Of a stretch of DNA of 64,000 nt, positions 60,450-64,000 are shown piece after piece; the stretch's first letter is position 1, and each line of letters opens with the position of its first letter. Origin of the DNA: Raillietiella orientalis (taxonomy: Eukaryota); assembly GCA_036172245.1 (NCBI GenBank), contig JAYWIR010000001.1, positions 5,332,001 to 5,396,000 of the forward strand, given 5' to 3'. Below the pieces are notes generated by a model that saw nothing but the letters and a program-made list of their open reading frames with translations, was not told the DNA's origin and searched no databases. Position numbers and translations under genes: made by a program.

Positions 60450-62300
60450 CGGCGGGAACTCGGGGCATACCCGGACTCCGGAAATTCACATCGGAGGAAA
60501 ACTCCCCCAGTCTGCGGAGCCCCAGCTCGACTGCAGTAGTATTAAATGAAACAACTTCCACGGTGGGAGCGTCGGGACGGGTGTGCATCACGGGGTGTGC
60601 AGTCCCGTGACGAAACCGTTCTCCTTCCTTCCCTTCTTCCTTTGGAAGTTCCGGCCAAGGCATTCCCGGGACAGAACGGCAGCAGCGTGGGATGCTTCAC
60701 TCATGTACCCCTCTCGAAAACACGAACAGGAGATCCGCCTTCCTGGAGTGCGGGACTTCCGTTCGGCGGATGCCCGGCGCTCGCTCGGAAGAAGCGACTG
60801 CGAGCAGAAAGCGCACGACGCGGTCCGGGAGGCGAAGACGCTCCGTGGGTTTCCCTTTTTCTTCCCGGAAGCCGCCCTCCGGAGTCCGAATGCTCCCCCT
60901 TGAGTAGTCTGCACCAGCTGGGGCGCCGCCGAATTCCATCCCTCCGTGCGATCCGCCGCGGAGCTTCTGCAAGCGGCGGCACTAGGCGAGTGAAATACGA
61001 GCGACCTCTTCGGGATCTCATCTTCCGGCTTTGGCTTCTGGGGATCTGATCATCCTTCACTAGGGGAAGATGAGTTCTTGTTTTGTTCGTCCAGGAGACC
61101 CAAGGAAGATTTTCCGAGCCGGCGAGCGAGTTATGAGGGCTTTTCTTTCGAAAACAAGATCTCGCGATTGCCCTTGGAGCCTTTCTTTCGTCTCCATGGA
61201 GAGGGAATCAAAAGGGGAAACGTCTCGCAAATCAACTACGATTGCAGTGGAGAGCTTTCTTCTTCTTTTCTTTTCTTTTCTTTTTTTTTTTTCTTCCCCT
61301 CCTGAGCTCCCCTCCTCCTTTCGCTGCGCCACCACCCTTCCGGCGAGGGTCATCAAGACCAGGTTCTTCTGTTAGCATCCTCAAGGCCTCCCGACAGCCC
61401 GCCTGCTGGGCACTCCATTTTCCCTCGAGGTCTTCCCGGACAGCTCCCCTCGGACCACACCGACCTCGGCATCGTCCTGGGCGTCTGCCACGTCCGGGAT
61501 CCACAGCTCTCCTGCTGGAGGTGCGGTCCCAAAGCTACGCACGTCTGAAAAGCGGATGCCCGCCGACTGACTGCCGGCGGCAGCCACTGACGGCCCTCGA
61601 GATTCGCGGAGGAACGAGCAGAGGCGCGATGATGTGGAGGGAGGAAGAGCTCCCTTCTTCAGGGGAGACGGCCTCGAGCCCCACTGACATCCCTCACCGC
61701 TTCCTAGCTCGCCGCCGACTGCATGCTAACCCGGACAGGACGTCTGTTCGGCCGCTGAACTGGCGCACAATCCCTCTTTCCTTCCCTACTCTCGTGGATG
61801 GGGCTCGCTGGCGGCTGGCTCCCTTCCGTCGATCCTTCCCCCCGTTCAACTCCTTCGTCCCCTTCCCGCAGCAGCGTCCCTTCCCTCGGTGTGCTGCGGA
61901 CCCAACCGGTCGTGCAGCGGCAGCTTGCCGACCTCATCCTGGCCCCAGCCCTCCCTGAGGGACCTAGGAAAAGATCCGAGGGACCAGGCCTGAGAGTGGG
62001 AGCGCCCCTGCTCCGAGTTCCCTCCGGGACGCGCGGTCCATCAGGCATTCTGGTCAAAGCTCTCTCGTGCAAGCGTGGACCAGAGCATTGGGATTCCTCC
62101 GTCGTCTTCCCGCTGCCGCGGTTCTGAGCGGCCGGCGCTCTTCCCAGAAGACAGCGTCGATCGCTCCCGCTCCTGCTTTCGGACAGGCCCTTCCCCGTCG
62201 CTCCCTGGATCCCTGGTGATGACCTGCGACCGCCCCGCGGGAAAGCCCCACGCTTCCCCACAGGTGCACTCCACAGCTCTCCAGAGAGGATTCACGGGCA
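60450..62300 (-). mobile_element. Possible decayed LINE RT fragment
   Basis: PGPSDL at ~61985 (cf. PGPDG), AIVVDLRDVSPFDSL at ~61245-61200 (cf. A.V.LDL.KAFDS), GADY at ~60910, ERKS at ~60760. Confidence 0.4.
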
Positions 62301-62962
62301 GGGAAGAAGGGAAAAAAAAAAAAAGCTGGATGGAATTTTCAGCGGGGAGCAAAAAGCGCTCGTAAGGGCTGCTGCTCCACTGCACGCGCGTGCGTGCGTT
62401 GTTCGCGCCATCCGGCACTTGAGAGCGCGCGAAGAGGAACGCCCGGTATGCCTCGCGAACCATCCGCGTTCGGGCGTCCGGGCGTTCTTCTCCAGGCATG
62501 GGTGCGCGCCTACGCCGCGGCCAGCCGCGGCCAGCCTCGGGCAGGCAGGCGCGCGCGCAACAGCGCGGGAGTTTTGCGTGCGCGCGCGCGCTCGCTCGCT
62601 CGCACGAGATCCGTCTCCCTTAAGCGCCGAGCCTCTGGACAGAGGCGCGCGCGCGCGCGTTACCTGGAAACGGCCTCGGCGCTTTCGAGCGAACGCTTTT
62701 TCCTCGAAAAGCCAACCACGCGAGAGTGACGCGTCCTTTCTCCTCCCCCTCCTCCCCGGCGAATAAAAGCGGCGGAAAAAAAAAAAAAAAAAGTCGCAAG
62801 CTCATAACGACTTCAAATGAGCTGAACCTGCAATTAAGATTTACCCCCTGTCGTAAAAACGCGAACATTCCGCGGAGAGGAGCGCACATACCGAAGATTA
62901 GCATTCTGGAAACCGATTCCGCGTCCAGCCCGCATGCAAATGAACGGTTGGCATCTCTCTCC

Positions 62963-62979
62963 GCGTGTGCGTGCGTGAG

Positions 62980-63012
<33 letters not shown>

Positions 63013-63017
63013 GCGCG
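62963..63017. repeat. (GCGT)n alternating purine-pyrimidine microsatellite
   Basis: Direct reading. A (GT)n(GC)n run also lies at ~63276-63316. Confidence 0.9.
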
Positions 63018-63175
63018 TTTCTTCTGCCTTCTCCCGTCCCGAGTTGCTCCTTTGTATTTCAAAAAACCCACTCGCACAACAGCTCCTCCTCTTTACTGGA
63101 AAGACGGCAAAAAAAAGGAGGAAGTAAAAAAAAAAAAAAGGCATCCCCCTCCCCCCCCCAAAAAAACAAACCGAG

Positions 63176-63204
63176 GTTGCCATAGAAACCATTGTTACGC
63201 AACA
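63176..63204. promoter_or_regulatory. Candidate RFX X-box next to a C/EBP/PAR-bZIP-like site
   Basis: GTTGCCATAGAAAC at 63176-63189 matches the X-box consensus. TGTTACGCAACA at 63193-63204. Both lie in non-repeat DNA. Motif match only. Confidence 0.35.
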
Positions 63205-64000
63205 GTGATTCGCTTTCATCCACGCAATCGGAAGCGTCCTTTTTGTAGGCCTTGTTTGTTTGTCTTTCTCTCCTTGTGTGTATGTGTGTGTGTGTGTGTG
63301 TGTGCGCGCGCGCGCGCCAGCGCGTTAGTACGTGTGTGTGTACGTTTTAATGGCTTGGTTTCCTCTCGCTCCCGAATCATCCAGAGAACTCCCAATTAGG
63401 CAGAGCGCTAATACGGGAAACCCTCCGCGTTCGACTTCCATCCATCACCGACGTTCCGTCTCCTCGACCCGCGTGTGCATGTGCTTTCTATTCATGTCCT
63501 CTCTCTGCTCTCAGGATGCTGTGCCGTGCTCCCCCTCCTCCTGACTTCCTCTTCTCCCTCCCCCCTTTCTTTCCCCCCCCTTTTTTTTTGCTTTTCTTCG
63601 GAGAACGCAGGATTCATCTCGGCGCGCAAGCGGAAAGGATTACGACGCGCGCGTTCTCGTCCCTTCCCCGTGATTCCGCGAGCCCACTCGGAAAGAAGGG
63701 CCTGCCCCCGATGGATCGCATGGTCCCTTTCCCTGAGGCGTTCGTTCCTGGACTTCTTTTACTGCCTGACCTGCTTTGTCTCGATCCCTTCCGTCTGCTA
63801 CGGTCATTAATTAATTTAACCACGGCCATCACCATTGGCGCGTCTGTTCTTTTTCAGGGTGCTGGGAGCGAAAATAGGGGAGTTCCCTCGGCGCCCTTTC
63901 CAACAAGATTTTCCTTGCTCTTTCGCAGCTGCGATGCGCTGTTCCTGCCTGTGGGGAAGCGCTGATGATGCGCGTCGAGTTGACCGAAAAGCCCTCCCCA

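Noticed and set aside
1-64000. CRISPR array, prokaryotic operon, rRNA or well-known conserved miRNAs
   Set aside because: No regularly spaced repeats, no gene-dense coding structure, and no matches seen by eye to rRNA or common animal miRNA sequences.

Overview
GC- and CpG-rich eukaryotic DNA, most likely from an invertebrate animal (judged from the U2 snRNA remnant). I cannot support any host protein-coding gene: the long six-frame ORFs are low-complexity or GC-driven artefacts, or pieces of decayed retroelements. Most of the window is a graveyard of L1/Tx1-clade non-LTR retrotransposons, roughly 15-18 fragments and mostly on the minus strand. They are recognised from eroded APE-endonuclease, reverse-transcriptase and C-terminal zinc-finger motifs in the expected order, and are separated by long purine/pyrimidine microsatellite tracts and short non-repeat islands. 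The most striking locus is 54.9-60.3 kb. There a Tx1-like 3' end finishing in AATAAA is fused to a U2 snRNA fragment that starts at U2 nt ~38/39, the known Keno/Utopia target site. That U2 fragment is split by a 357-bp Tigger/pogo-like MITE with a TA duplication, and a related near-full-length Tx1 ORF2 sits tail-to-tail on the other side. Also present: two related younger LINE 3' ends with a conserved 3'UTR stem-loop and a shared 14-mer beyond the poly(A) signal, tRNA-derived SINE-like units, and weak piggyBac-like and Merlin-like remnants. Boundaries of the old LINE fragments are approximate (within a few hundred bp), and all motif matches were made by eye without database searches.
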